Of a stretch of DNA of 64,000 bases, positions 22,147-31,827 are shown piece after piece. Positions within the stretch are counted from its first letter, which is position 1, and every line of letters starts with the position of its first letter. A program made the position numbers and the translations under genes. This DNA is from Magnetococcales bacterium (GTDB lineage: Bacteria; Pseudomonadota; Magnetococcia; Magnetococcales; UBA8363): contig JADGCQ010000007.1 of assembly GCA_015228925.1 (NCBI GenBank), positions 1,588 through 65,587 on the forward strand, in the 5' to 3' direction. Under the pieces are notes generated by a model. That model made no database searches and was not told the origin of the DNA. It saw nothing but the letters and a program-made list of their open reading frames with translations.

Positions 22147-22935
22147 ATGCCAAAAGAAATAGCATTGGATCGGATCGCATCATTGCGAAGGCAACTCGAT
22201 GACCACCCCGTTTACTCCGCCGTAAAATCGATCGAAGATTTGCGCGTGTTCATGTCGCACCATATTTTTTCGGTGTGGGACTTTATGAGTTTATTGAAGT
22301 TTCTCCAAAGAGAACTCGCCCCGACTGAGATTCCCTGGGCACCGCGTGGGAATACCTCCGTCCGCCGTTTTATCAACCACATCGTTCTGGAAGAAGAGAC
22401 CGATTTGGGCCTCCCGGATGAAGCGGGTGAACCTCGGTATGCCAGTCACTTTGAGCTTTATGCGGCGGCCATGGAAGAGGTGGGCGCGTCTTCCCAGGTT
22501 GCACAAACGTTTGCGAAAAAAGCGGCGGAGAAGGGATTTCATGATGCACTGCTTTCATCGGCCCATGAAATTCCGCAACCTGCCCAAAATTTCATGAAGC
22601 AGACATTTGCGTTTATTGCGAGTGGAAAACCCCACGTTGTCGCAGCGGCATTCGCCCTCGGAAGGGAACATATCATACCGCCGATGTTTCGGGCATTGAT
22701 CAGGAAAATGTCGATTGCACCCGCCGCAGCCCCAGCGTTTCATTATTATCTGGAAAGGCATATTCACCTGGATGAAGATCACCACGGGCCATTGTCCTTG
22801 TTGATGCTCAATTCACTGTGTGCCGCCGACCCCTATTTTTTTGAAGAGGCGGAGACTGCCGCCAAACAGGCGATTCAAGCACGCATCCAATTTTGGGATG
22901 GTGTGTTGGAATCGCTCCACATGGCGGGGCATTGA
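22147..22935 (+). CDS. DUF3050-like (heme-oxygenase-like fold) protein
   Basis: HPVYSAVKSIEDLRVFMSHHIFSVWDFMSLLKFLQ matches the block I remember for DUF3050. Family assignment is from memory only. Confidence 0.6.
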   Translation: MPKEIALDRIASLRRQLDDHPVYSAVKSIEDLRVFMSHHIFSVWDFMSLLKFLQRELAPTEIPWAPRGNTSVRRFINHIVLEEETDLGLPDEAGEPRYASHFELYAAAMEEVGASSQVAQTFAKKAAEKGFHDALLSSAHEIPQPAQNFMKQTFAFIASGKPHVVAAAFALGREHIIPPMFRALIRKMSIAPAAAPAFHYYLERHIHLDEDHHGPLSLLMLNSLCAADPYFFEEAETAAKQAIQARIQFWDGVLESLHMAGH

Positions 22936-22972
22936 TCCACGCACCGGGGTCAATATTTTTAAGGAGAACACG

Positions 22973-23371
22973 ATGGATAAAAATCAATATGTCGTTTTAA
23001 AATCTGTTCAAGGAACCTTTGATGCCGTGGTGGCCAAGGTGCGTCATGCGTTGATGCAGCAGGGCTTCGGCGTGTTGACGGAAATTGATTTGTCGGGAAC
23101 TTTTAAAAGCAAGTTGAATGTTGATTGGCCGCGGACCATCATCTTGGGTGCGTGCAATCCTCCGGTGGCGCATCGGGCGATGTCGGCGGATCATGATGTC
23201 GCTGTGTTTTTGCCGTGTAACGTGGTTGTCCGGGAAATCGGCCACGGTGCGGTGGAAGTCGCTGCCATGAATCCTGAAATCATCGGTTACGTGATTCAAA
23301 ATGATCGTCTTACCGAGGTGGTCACTGAGGTTCTGGCGAAAATACGCACAGCCCTGGATCAGGTGGGATGA
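22973..23371 (+). CDS. DUF302 domain protein
   Basis: RBS aaggag at 22961-22966, then an ATG. GFGVLTEIDL...IILGACNPPVAHRAM...LPCNVVVRE is typical of DUF302. Confidence 0.65.
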   Translation: MDKNQYVVLKSVQGTFDAVVAKVRHALMQQGFGVLTEIDLSGTFKSKLNVDWPRTIILGACNPPVAHRAMSADHDVAVFLPCNVVVREIGHGAVEVAAMNPEIIGYVIQNDRLTEVVTEVLAKIRTALDQVG

Positions 23372-23379
23372 TCAAGTCT

Positions 23380-23415
23380 GTGTGTCCACAGCCTGGACCC
23401 AGGGTGTGGACACAC
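23380..23415. terminator. Perfect 11-bp hairpin between convergent genes (possibly a bidirectional terminator)
   Basis: gtgtgtccaca / 14-nt loop / tgtggacacac, between the stops at 23371 (+) and 23429 (-). Confidence 0.5.
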
Positions 23416-23428
23416 GCATGATCTTCAA

Positions 23429-24487
23429 TCAGGAAAATACCTCCGGGTAATCCCGGCTCGCCTGTTGTAAATCTCCCATCCGTCCGATGTCCATCCAATA
23501 GTCCAGGAACGGGAATGCGGCGGTGGCGTGCCCTTTGGCGATGACCCGGTGGAACAGGTCGGGCATGTCAAAATAGGTGTTTTCCGGGATGTAATCGATG
23601 ACCTTGGGATCCAGCAGATAGATGCCCGCATTGATGAAATATTCTTGAACCGGCTTTTCCTCGATTCGCAACAGGGTGTGATGGTCCGTATGGACCACGC
23701 CGTAGGGGATGGATTGTTCGACCTTGCGGACGCACAATGTCGCCAATGATCCATGTTCCTCGTGGAATTCCAGGATGTTTTTATAGTTGATCTGGGTCAG
23801 AAGATCACCGTTCATGACAAAAAACGGATCTTCCGGCATTTCAGGCAACAACGCCAATGGTCCCGCCGTGCCCCGCCGATCCTGTTCTTCCAGATACTGG
23901 ATGGTGACTCCCCAGTCGGAACCATCCTTAAAATAATCCTGGATGATCTCTTTGCGATAATTGACGGAGAAATAAAACTGTTTGAAGCCGTCGGCGGCAA
24001 AGCTTTCCAGGATTAATTCCAGTATGGGCTTGCTCCCGACCTTCAGCATGGGTTTGGGGCAGGATTTGGTCAGCGGTCCCATGCGGGAACCCAACCCCCC
24101 CGCCATCAGAACGACCCAATTGTTACGTTGCTCCCGACTGGCCAATTCCCGCAATGTTTTGAGACCGATCAGGTGACCATCCTCATCAACGACCGGCATG
24201 TGGTCGATACTTTTGCTGGTCATCAGTGCCAATACCCGGTCTTCAGAGTCGCTGATCCGTGCAACGGTCGGTGTTCGTGCCATCACGTTTTCGACGGGAT
24301 CTTTCATGTTGATGCCACTCAATAATCCTCGGCGTATGTCGCCATCGGTGACGACACCGATCAAACGGCTGGACTCATCGGTCACCAGTGCCACTCTGAG
24401 GGCACCACGGTCGATCACCTTCATGACATCCAGAACGGATGTCTGCGAACCAATGACAACCTTCCGCCAATATTCTACGGCCGTCAT
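23429..24487 (-). CDS. CBS-pair + sugar-phosphate nucleotidyltransferase (PtmE-like architecture)
   Basis: N-terminal tandem CBS region (VMKVIDRGALRVALVTDESSRLIGVVTDGDIRR; MPVVDEDGHLIGL), then the NTP-transferase P-loop VVLMAGGLGSRMGPLTKSCPKPMLKV. Confidence 0.8.
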   Translation of the reverse strand: MTAVEYWRKVVIGSQTSVLDVMKVIDRGALRVALVTDESSRLIGVVTDGDIRRGLLSGINMKDPVENVMARTPTVARISDSEDRVLALMTSKSIDHMPVVDEDGHLIGLKTLRELASREQRNNWVVLMAGGLGSRMGPLTKSCPKPMLKVGSKPILELILESFAADGFKQFYFSVNYRKEIIQDYFKDGSDWGVTIQYLEEQDRRGTAGPLALLPEMPEDPFFVMNGDLLTQINYKNILEFHEEHGSLATLCVRKVEQSIPYGVVHTDHHTLLRIEEKPVQEYFINAGIYLLDPKVIDYIPENTYFDMPDLFHRVIAKGHATAAFPFLDYWMDIGRMGDLQQASRDYPEVFS

Positions 24488-24555
24488 AACTGTATCCTCC
24501 CTGGCATTTCAACTTGCTTCAAACCCAAGACATTCAAGGGTTCTGGGGGTGAATA

Positions 24556-24571
24556 TGCAATAATGGTGCCT
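24556..24571 (-). promoter_or_regulatory. Candidate sigma-54 (-24/-12) promoter upstream of the CBS-nucleotidyltransferase gene
   Basis: The minus strand reads aGGCACcattaTTGCA. The GG and GC elements have the canonical 12-nt register. It lies about 70 nt upstream of the ATG at 24487, in a 200-nt A+T-rich intergenic gap. Confidence 0.4.
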
Positions 24572-24687
24572 AAATGGAAAATTTATTCATATCATTGTTT
24601 TTACTGGGTAATAGTTCCATATTTTTATGGTTTCATAAAACAGGGGAATGTCCATGGGCAAATCGGTATCCATGGGAGCGGCAAGAA

Positions 24688-25368
24688 TTACCGCAGACTG
24701 TGGACTGGCTTGGCGGGAATACCCGCCACCCTGGCGTTTTCGGGGATATTGTTGACGACAGTGGCCCCCGCAGCAATCAAGGCACCGGAACCGATATGGA
24801 TCCCCTGAATCACGACCGCTCCCGTACCGATGTGTGCGCCAGATCCCACATGAACGCCACCCGATAACACCGCTCCAGGGGCAATGTGGACATGGCTTTC
24901 AATCTGGCAATCGTGGTCGATGATGGCTCCGGTATTGAGGATGACATTATCATGCAGGGTGGTACCCGGTTGGATCATGGATCCCGCCATGAGCTGACAA
25001 CCTTCCCCGATGGTGACGGCCTGGGCGCAATAATGCCGGGGATGGACGACCGAGGCGAAGCGATATCCCAGATTTCGATAATGCGTAAAAAGTTGTTTTC
25101 GTTTTTCGTTGCTCGCCACCGCACCGATTCCCATAATCAAGTGTACGGCACTGGGGGGAAACTGTTGGATGAGGGCGGCGTCGGAGGAAATACGCGGTAT
25201 CTTTTCTCCCCAGGGGGGGACACTGGCATCTGGGGGAATATAAAGACCCAGAATTTTTTGTTGGTTTGGGTACAGGGCATCCAGCAGGACGCTGGCATGT
25301 CCTCCAGCACCCAGCAATACCAAGGGATCGGTGTGATTGGGAATGATGGTTAAATTTTCAAACATCAT
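24688..25368 (-). CDS. NeuD/PglD-family sugar N/O-acetyltransferase (left-handed beta-helix)
   Basis: LVLLGAGGHASVLLDAL N-terminal Rossmann-like part, followed by hexapeptide repeats (IGEGCQLMAGSMI..., IESHVHIAPGAVLSGGVHVGSGAHIGTGAVV). Confidence 0.8.
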   Translation of the reverse strand: MMFENLTIIPNHTDPLVLLGAGGHASVLLDALYPNQQKILGLYIPPDASVPPWGEKIPRISSDAALIQQFPPSAVHLIMGIGAVASNEKRKQLFTHYRNLGYRFASVVHPRHYCAQAVTIGEGCQLMAGSMIQPGTTLHDNVILNTGAIIDHDCQIESHVHIAPGAVLSGGVHVGSGAHIGTGAVVIQGIHIGSGALIAAGATVVNNIPENARVAGIPAKPVHSLR

Positions 25369-26531
25369 TCCAACCTTTGTAATCCCCGACGAACTTCCGT
25401 GACAACGTGCTGAAGTTCTTCCTCGGTGATGGTGGTGGAGCAGGGGAGGACTACAATCCGAAACCAGAGTTCTTCACTAACGGTTTGGCGGGTCGTCGGG
25501 ACGTTGCGATAAGGATCCTGGAGGTGCAATGGTTTCCAAAACGGTTTGGACTCGATCCCCTGTTGCCGCAAAAAAGTTCTGAGTTCCGTGGTCACGGTGA
25601 GCGATGGGTTTTTCAGGACAATTCCAGAAAACCAATCTGCCGATTGGCCCTGAAGGGATTGGGGAAACAGGGTAACTGCTTCCAGGTCATGGAATGCTCG
25701 GCGATAGGTTTCCCGGATTTTTTGTTTTCTGGCGACCAAGTGATCCAATCGTTCGAGTTGGGCACACCCTACGGCGGCTTGGATATTGGTCAAACGATAA
25801 TTAAATCCGATGTGATCATGATCATAACCTTCGCCACGGCGGGCGGTGGTGGATAAATGGCGGACGTGTTGTAGCAGTTCCTTGTGCGAACCGACGACGG
25901 CACCGCCCCCTCCACAGGTGATGGTCTTGTTGCCATTGAATGAAAACACCGTCAAATCGGCACCCAGATCACCCACGTTGCGGCCATGATATTGGGCACC
26001 CAGGGCAGCGGCGGCATCGGCCACCACCGGCAGGCCAAATTTCTGGGCCAGGGGGAGGATACGATCCATGTCTGCCGGAGTGCCTAGGGTATGGACCGGC
26101 ATGATGGCGGCAATCCGTTGGCCTGTTTTTTTCTGGGTCAACCGTCCACAGCAAAAGTCACATTCTTCGGTAAGAATCTGTTCCAACAATCCGCAATCCA
26201 GGTTCCATGTGTCGGGATCACAATCCACCAACCACGGTTGGGCACCGCAATAGCTGACGGCGTTGGCGGTGGCGATGAAGGTCAAACTGGGAACCACCAC
26301 CAAGTCTCCCGGTTTTACCCCCAGCGCGACCAGGGCAACGTGCAATCCTGCCGTACCGGAGGCGGTGGCCACGGCATAGGGAGATCCTGCTGCCTGGGCG
26401 ATCCTCTGTTCAAATCGGCTGACAAACGGCCCTACCGAGGAGACAAATCCACTGTCGATACATTCTTGCAGGTATTTGGCTTCGTTACCGGAGAGATTGG
26501 GAACAGCCAGAGGAATCAGGGTGGCAGTCAC
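25365..26531 (-). CDS. DegT/DnrJ/EryC1-family sugar aminotransferase
   Basis: PNLSGNEAKYLQECIDSGFVSS and FSFNGNKTITCGGGGAV (PLP-Lys block). 4-nt overlaps with both neighbouring genes. Confidence 0.9.
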   Translation of the reverse strand: MTATLIPLAVPNLSGNEAKYLQECIDSGFVSSVGPFVSRFEQRIAQAAGSPYAVATASGTAGLHVALVALGVKPGDLVVVPSLTFIATANAVSYCGAQPWLVDCDPDTWNLDCGLLEQILTEECDFCCGRLTQKKTGQRIAAIMPVHTLGTPADMDRILPLAQKFGLPVVADAAAALGAQYHGRNVGDLGADLTVFSFNGNKTITCGGGGAVVGSHKELLQHVRHLSTTARRGEGYDHDHIGFNYRLTNIQAAVGCAQLERLDHLVARKQKIRETYRRAFHDLEAVTLFPQSLQGQSADWFSGIVLKNPSLTVTTELRTFLRQQGIESKPFWKPLHLQDPYRNVPTTRQTVSEELWFRIVVLPCSTTITEEELQHVVTEVRRGLQRLE

Positions 26532-27763
26532 ATTTTTTCATCCAAATTTTTGGTTTTTGCCAGATGTTTGAGTCCGGGGACCGCCAAACCGAGCCAATGG
26601 GCCATGGTGTGGGATTCCCAATTTGGGGCGTCGCGTAATGCACACAATCCACGTATCGCTTCTTGAACCGGCCCTTCCAGACTGGGTTGGCTCAAAACAC
26701 GCAAAATTGCGTGAAAGCGTGCGTCATCGACGGTTTCCGAGGGGTCGAAAAATTCCTCAAACGGTTTTTCCCCCGAAGTGTCACTGAGAGAAAAACAACA
26801 GGGCCAACGGGTGTCGCCAGGGTGGCGATTGCGGGCAAAGGCACGGGCTTGATGGTCATCGGCACAGAGTTCCGGTTCCAATCCCCGATCTTGCAACAAG
26901 AGAAGGGCGATATCGGCAAAACTCTTTAAATCCGTATCGGGGTTGAGCTTGGGGATATAGATTTCGCGGTGTTCCCCCAGAAAACAGGCCAGGAGACACA
27001 ATTGGCCCGCCTCCTCATGGGAGATAAAATAACGTTGAATATCCCGTGGTGCCGATAGAGGTTGCCCTTTTTCCAATCGCCGTAAAAATCCATGGGTCAG
27101 GCTTCCATCGGAAAAGGCGACATTGGCAAAGCGCGCACTGGTACAGGTAAAATTGCGCGATGGGAGAAACATCAAACGCTCCATCATCGCCTTGGAAGCC
27201 CCCATCAGGCTGGCGGGCTGTACCGCTTTATCCGAGGAGACGGAAAAAAAACGCTGCGGGGGTGCTTTTTCCAGTTGATCCAGCCAGTGCGCCAGATCAA
27301 GCACATTGGTTTGAATCATCCGCATGGTGCTGAAAGGGTCACGTTCGGAGCGGACATGTTTGAGGGCGGCAAAATTGACCACGGTGTCGAACCGGGGGAC
27401 GCTGGCGAGAAAACGGTCAAACATGGGGGTACCCAAGGCGATGGAAACGGTGGAAAAATCCTTGGGGAAAACGATGTGGGAGGAACGCAGATCTCTGACC
27501 AATTCCACCAAGTTGTTCTCACTGGGATCCACCAAACAGATCCCTTGGGGTCCGATCTCCATGAGTTGTTTAACAAAGTGTGAGCCGATGGAACCCGCAG
27601 CACCGACGACCAACACCCGGCTCGGCTGAACAAGTGCCGCAATCCGATCTTTGGATGCTGCAAAATCTTGTTGAAAAAGCCCCTGGGATCGTCCCAAAAG
27701 GCGGGCCATGAATTCGGTCCGATCAGGCATCAGCGGCTCCTTGTTGATGGGTCGCTTTCTCAA
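26528..27763 (-). CDS. CapD/PglF/FlaA1-type nucleotide-sugar 4,6-dehydratase
   Basis: VLVVGAAGSIGSHFVKQL (GxxGxxG) and SSDKAVQPASLMGASKAMME (CapD-type catalytic block). The start is ambiguous (27763, 27730 or 27709). The longest form overlaps the upstream gene by 41 nt. Confidence 0.8.
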   Translation of the reverse strand: MRKRPINKEPLMPDRTEFMARLLGRSQGLFQQDFAASKDRIAALVQPSRVLVVGAAGSIGSHFVKQLMEIGPQGICLVDPSENNLVELVRDLRSSHIVFPKDFSTVSIALGTPMFDRFLASVPRFDTVVNFAALKHVRSERDPFSTMRMIQTNVLDLAHWLDQLEKAPPQRFFSVSSDKAVQPASLMGASKAMMERLMFLPSRNFTCTSARFANVAFSDGSLTHGFLRRLEKGQPLSAPRDIQRYFISHEEAGQLCLLACFLGEHREIYIPKLNPDTDLKSFADIALLLLQDRGLEPELCADDHQARAFARNRHPGDTRWPCCFSLSDTSGEKPFEEFFDPSETVDDARFHAILRVLSQPSLEGPVQEAIRGLCALRDAPNWESHTMAHWLGLAVPGLKHLAKTKNLDEKM

Positions 27764-30230
27764 GCAGCATCAGGGCCATTTTGTGTTCCGCATCCTTATC
27801 CAAAATCTTCTGGCAACACCCTTTGACCCCATCCCAGTCACCTTCTTCCAACAGCAATTGTGCCAGCTTGACCTGGCTTACAAAATCATCCTTGGCGATT
27901 CGGGTATAATCTTTGTAGATGCCAATCGCCATGGACCGTTCACCCGTCATACGTAACAAATCGGCAAGGAATGGGAAATGGGCCAAAGAGTTTTCCGCCA
28001 GACGCTTGGCGACCGCCGTGGCACTCACCAACTCCCTGCGTCGCAGGTGTACCGTCAATTGTCGCTGCAATCCTTCCATGATCAACGGTTTGTAGGAGAT
28101 CATCCGATACCATTTCAAGGCATGGTCAAAATCGGCTTCATGTTCGGCCAAAAGTCCCCGGATCAGAGAGACAAATTGATCCTTTTCTTCCATGGTCCCC
28201 TGGCTGATTCCATCCATGAAATTCCTTAACCGTTCAATTTCATTGTTTTGATACATGGTCATGATCTTGAAACGGACGGCACCTGGGGCCGCCAGACGAT
28301 TTTTGCAATGCTCCTTATAGTCATTCTGGGTTTGTTGCATCAGGGCGATGAATTCATTCTGAAACGCTTCCAGCCGCGTTTTAATTTTTTCGGGATAACT
28401 GTCGGGCGACTTTTGCTGTTTGGCGAGGAAAACGGCCACGCGCCCCTGCTGGCCATCTTTTTGATATTGTTCCAGGATTGCCTTGATATTGGGCGATTTT
28501 TTTTCCTCTTCCATGCGAGATTGGACGCGGGCGCGGTTTTCGTCGATGGTTTTTAACAGGTTGGTGGCACTATCGCGATAAATCTCATAATAACGACGGC
28601 CAACGGTTTCAATTTCCTCATCGCTCCATTCCTTGTTTTTATCGGGTCGGCTCAACTTGAGGAGATCACCAACACTCCACCGTTTGACCAAACGGGAGGC
28701 ATCGACCAATTCGCCATCCAAAATGGCTTCAATGGCATCCATCCGTTTTTTATATTTAAAATCGGGTGGTTTCCCTTTTCTGCCGAATAACCGCTGATTG
28801 CAATCGATCCCCTCGATCGTCAGTTTTCGGATGCGGCGAATCTCGCCTCGAAGGCGCAATAACTCGGTTTCGACCTGTTGAAAATGGTTAAGACGATCTG
28901 CGGAACTCTCTGCGGGGAGTGTTTGTTGGATCACTTCCCAGGCGGTGCGGTCCACCGGTTCACAGTGCAGCTGATCCCAGGGATGCCAGGCAATCCCTTC
29001 AATTTTAGCTGCCGCCGCCGCTGGATTGATCACCTCACACCCATGGGATTGGGCATATTCCGCCAATGATTGCAGGGCGGGTAGGGCATTGAAGAAATCA
29101 CTGCTGGTTTCGGCCCGCCAGCCGCCGTTGGTTTCAACCCAAAGTTCCGAACGGTGGACATAGGGGCCGGTCGCCATTTCGATGCTGCCACGGGCATGGG
29201 TAAACCCTTCCTTGCTGAAACATAAGTCCAGTCCTGCCAAGATAATTCTGGAAAATCCCATATCCACTGCCGCCCCCAGGGCCTGATGGCTGACGGTAAT
29301 GCCCGGATAATTGCGCGATGCAGGATTCAGCGGGGTTGGCCAGGGAAAGAGGGTTCCCATGAACAGGCTGCGTCCCCGCCATAACCCCACGAGCCGGGGG
29401 TTGAGATGGTACATGTTGACCAGGAGACTTTTTTCGTAAAATTCGAGCGTTTTTTTGCTCTGATGAAAGATGATGTCGTTCGGATCGATGGCAAACAGCA
29501 TATCCGGTACAATGTTTTGGGCTGCCAACTGCTCGGCGATACGTGCCACCGCCATGACGACCAGATTGTCCCGATTTTTTTTGACCCAATCAAAACTTTC
29601 ATCCAAAGAGGGGCCACCTCCCAAAAGTACAGCGGTACGTCCCTTGAAGATCTGATCGAAAAGGATGATGGGGGTGCGGTTTTCTGCTAGGTTTTCCAGG
29701 CCCTTGACCATGAAAATCCGGGAACCGGTCTCCTGGGCCACGCCAATCTGAAACTGGCCGAGGCGTTCGTCAAAATCGTTCCATAATTTGACATAGGCGG
29801 CATGGTTGCCATCGATGACCGCCATGGAACGCAGGGAGATGACATTGCCAATGTAAAAATAATCCTTAAGGGATAATTTCTCCGCTTTTTCCAGCCATGT
29901 ATCGGGGGTGGCGATGGCAATATGGTCTGGCAATTGGGGGGGGAGTATGTGTTCATCGTGGAGGCGTTGCAGGAGTTCGGGGTGTTCGATAAACAGATAC
30001 CGGCTCCCTTCGCCGGTTTTTTTATGACAAATCCAGTTGACGAGCAGTCCACCATCGGTGCCGGGGATCAGATGCAGGGAATCCTTGTTTTGGATGATGT
30101 TTCCGAAATGTCGTTGAAAATAACTTTCCGAACCGATTTTGGAAAAGGTTTCACCGTTGATGGCGGGAAAATAGCGTTCACCAAAAGAGTTGGTGAGGAT
30201 GGTACCAAAAGGTGGTGCAGTATCGCTCAT
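27723..30230 (-). CDS. Motility-accessory-factor (Maf, DUF115/MptE-like) putative flagellin glycosyltransferase with a C-terminal TPR-like region
   Basis: 835 aa. DUF115-type block TAVLLGGGPSLDESFDWVKKNRDNLVVMAVARI. Helical-repeat C-terminus. Sits in a nonulosonic-acid biosynthesis operon. Confidence 0.7.
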   Translation of the reverse strand: MSDTAPPFGTILTNSFGERYFPAINGETFSKIGSESYFQRHFGNIIQNKDSLHLIPGTDGGLLVNWICHKKTGEGSRYLFIEHPELLQRLHDEHILPPQLPDHIAIATPDTWLEKAEKLSLKDYFYIGNVISLRSMAVIDGNHAAYVKLWNDFDERLGQFQIGVAQETGSRIFMVKGLENLAENRTPIILFDQIFKGRTAVLLGGGPSLDESFDWVKKNRDNLVVMAVARIAEQLAAQNIVPDMLFAIDPNDIIFHQSKKTLEFYEKSLLVNMYHLNPRLVGLWRGRSLFMGTLFPWPTPLNPASRNYPGITVSHQALGAAVDMGFSRIILAGLDLCFSKEGFTHARGSIEMATGPYVHRSELWVETNGGWRAETSSDFFNALPALQSLAEYAQSHGCEVINPAAAAAKIEGIAWHPWDQLHCEPVDRTAWEVIQQTLPAESSADRLNHFQQVETELLRLRGEIRRIRKLTIEGIDCNQRLFGRKGKPPDFKYKKRMDAIEAILDGELVDASRLVKRWSVGDLLKLSRPDKNKEWSDEEIETVGRRYYEIYRDSATNLLKTIDENRARVQSRMEEEKKSPNIKAILEQYQKDGQQGRVAVFLAKQQKSPDSYPEKIKTRLEAFQNEFIALMQQTQNDYKEHCKNRLAAPGAVRFKIMTMYQNNEIERLRNFMDGISQGTMEEKDQFVSLIRGLLAEHEADFDHALKWYRMISYKPLIMEGLQRQLTVHLRRRELVSATAVAKRLAENSLAHFPFLADLLRMTGERSMAIGIYKDYTRIAKDDFVSQVKLAQLLLEEGDWDGVKGCCQKILDKDAEHKMALMLLEKATHQQGAADA

Positions 30231-30336
30231 GGTTGAGAAGTCTTTGGCTAAGAAGTTAAAAGAGAACTTGATCTTTACTGGGAGGGGAGCCTATCCTCAA
30301 AAGGTTATTGGCAGTTGTACGCAGTTTCAACCGTGA

Positions 30337-31827
30337 ATGGTCACCATGTCATCAGACCCCTCCGATCCTGTGCAAACTTTAATCCATGAATCGGTTCGGT
30401 TGCTCAAAAGCAATTTGGGAAAAGAGGTCGTTGCCCGCATCAAGCCTTTCATGCAGCAATTTCCGGGCCATCCACGGTTACATCACCTTTTGGGATTGGC
30501 TCTGGAGCAATGCGGTGATTCCGATGCCGCGATTCATCACGTCAGCCGGGCCATCGCGCTGGAACCTGACGAAGGGGAATCGTATCAATCCTTGGCCTTG
30601 CTGTTGAGAAAAAAAGGGAAAATTTCTATTGCCCTGGCCAGGGCTATGGATGCCCTGGAACGGAGACCCCATGATTCGGATATTCACTTTTTGTTGGGTG
30701 ATCTCCATATGGATCGGGGGGCCATGGAACAGGCGATAGCCAGTTTGACCCAGGCCGTTACCCTGCGACCGGAATTTTTATCCGCATGGATCAATTTGGG
30801 ATTGTGTTATAAGGCTCAGGGACAGTTGGAACGTGCCAAAGAATGTTTTGAACAGGTTTTGACCGTTGACCCCGAAAGTTCGTTGGCTCACGTCAATTTG
30901 GCTTTGACATGGTTACTTCTGGGGGAGTATGGACGCGGTTTTGATGCCTTTGAATGGCGTTTTCGTTTACCGTCGGGAGAACATCCCCCCGTTCCGCCAC
31001 CGGAAAATATTCCTCGGTGGCATGGAGAGTCTTTGCAGGGCAAGAATATCCTGGTCATCGCGGAACAGGGTTATGGGGATACCATTCAGTTTGTCCGGTT
31101 TTTGCCGCGATTGGGATCGTTGGGTGCCAAGGTCCATGTGATGGTACCGGTCCCCCTTGAATCATTGTTGGCGCAGCACCCGGAGATGGGGCAGGTGCAA
31201 TCCACGACCCGGTGGGAGGAAACATTGGATTATTTTATCCCCATGATGAGCCTGGGGAGGTTTTTTGCGCGTGATTTGGGACAACTGGCCCCTTTTCCTC
31301 ATTATCTCGCCGCCGATCCTGAAAAAACCCGTTATTGGCAACGCCGGTTGCCTCAGGATCGTTTGAAAGTTGGTCTGGTCTGGGAGGGTAAACCCTTGCA
31401 CAGCAACGATCCTCTGCGACGCCGTTCGGTGACGCCGCATGACCTTGCCCCCCTGGGACAGTTGCCGGAGGAGAAAGTTGTGTTTGTCAGTTTGCAACGG
31501 GAGGTCACTCAGGAACAACGGCACTGTTTTCCCCAGGGGATGACGGTGGTGGATGTTGGGATGGATTTGCACGATTTTTCCGATACGGCGGCGGTGATGG
31601 CCAATCTGGATCTGATGATCACCATCGATACCGCTGCGGCGCATCTGGCGGGTGCCATGGGGAAACCTGTTTGGGTACTGCTCCCTTTGGCACCCGATTG
31701 GCGGTGGAGTATGGATCGGGATTCTTCTCCCTGGTATCCCAGTTCCAAGCTTTATCGGCAAACCCAGATCAATCATTGGGAGGATCCGATCCATCAAATG
31801 GTCATCGATCTGAGAAACAGGCTATGA
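30337..31827 (+). CDS. TPR-repeat + glycosyltransferase family 9-like protein (FlmG-like architecture), paralog 1
   Basis: N-terminal TPRs (HHLLGLALEQCGDSDAAIHHVSRAIALEPDEGE...). C-terminal GT9-like blocks EQGYGDTIQFVRFLPRL and ITIDTAAAHLAGAMGKPVWVLL. Conserved tail PDWRWSMDRDSSPWYP. Confidence 0.75.
   Translation: MVTMSSDPSDPVQTLIHESVRLLKSNLGKEVVARIKPFMQQFPGHPRLHHLLGLALEQCGDSDAAIHHVSRAIALEPDEGESYQSLALLLRKKGKISIALARAMDALERRPHDSDIHFLLGDLHMDRGAMEQAIASLTQAVTLRPEFLSAWINLGLCYKAQGQLERAKECFEQVLTVDPESSLAHVNLALTWLLLGEYGRGFDAFEWRFRLPSGEHPPVPPPENIPRWHGESLQGKNILVIAEQGYGDTIQFVRFLPRLGSLGAKVHVMVPVPLESLLAQHPEMGQVQSTTRWEETLDYFIPMMSLGRFFARDLGQLAPFPHYLAADPEKTRYWQRRLPQDRLKVGLVWEGKPLHSNDPLRRRSVTPHDLAPLGQLPEEKVVFVSLQREVTQEQRHCFPQGMTVVDVGMDLHDFSDTAAVMANLDLMITIDTAAAHLAGAMGKPVWVLLPLAPDWRWSMDRDSSPWYPSSKLYRQTQINHWEDPIHQMVIDLRNRL

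Noticed and set aside
30309-30323. Sigma-54-like tggcagttgtacgca in the divergent region between maf and the TPR-GT9 genes
   Set aside because: The GG-to-GC spacing is one nucleotide short of the canonical register, and the -12 element lacks the TTGC context.
31162-31797. 211-aa minus-strand ORF across the 3' part of TPR-GT9 paralog 1
   Set aside because: It is antisense to an ORF with clear GT9 blocks. Its translation is Arg/His/Pro/Gln/Ile/Gly-rich and low-complexity.
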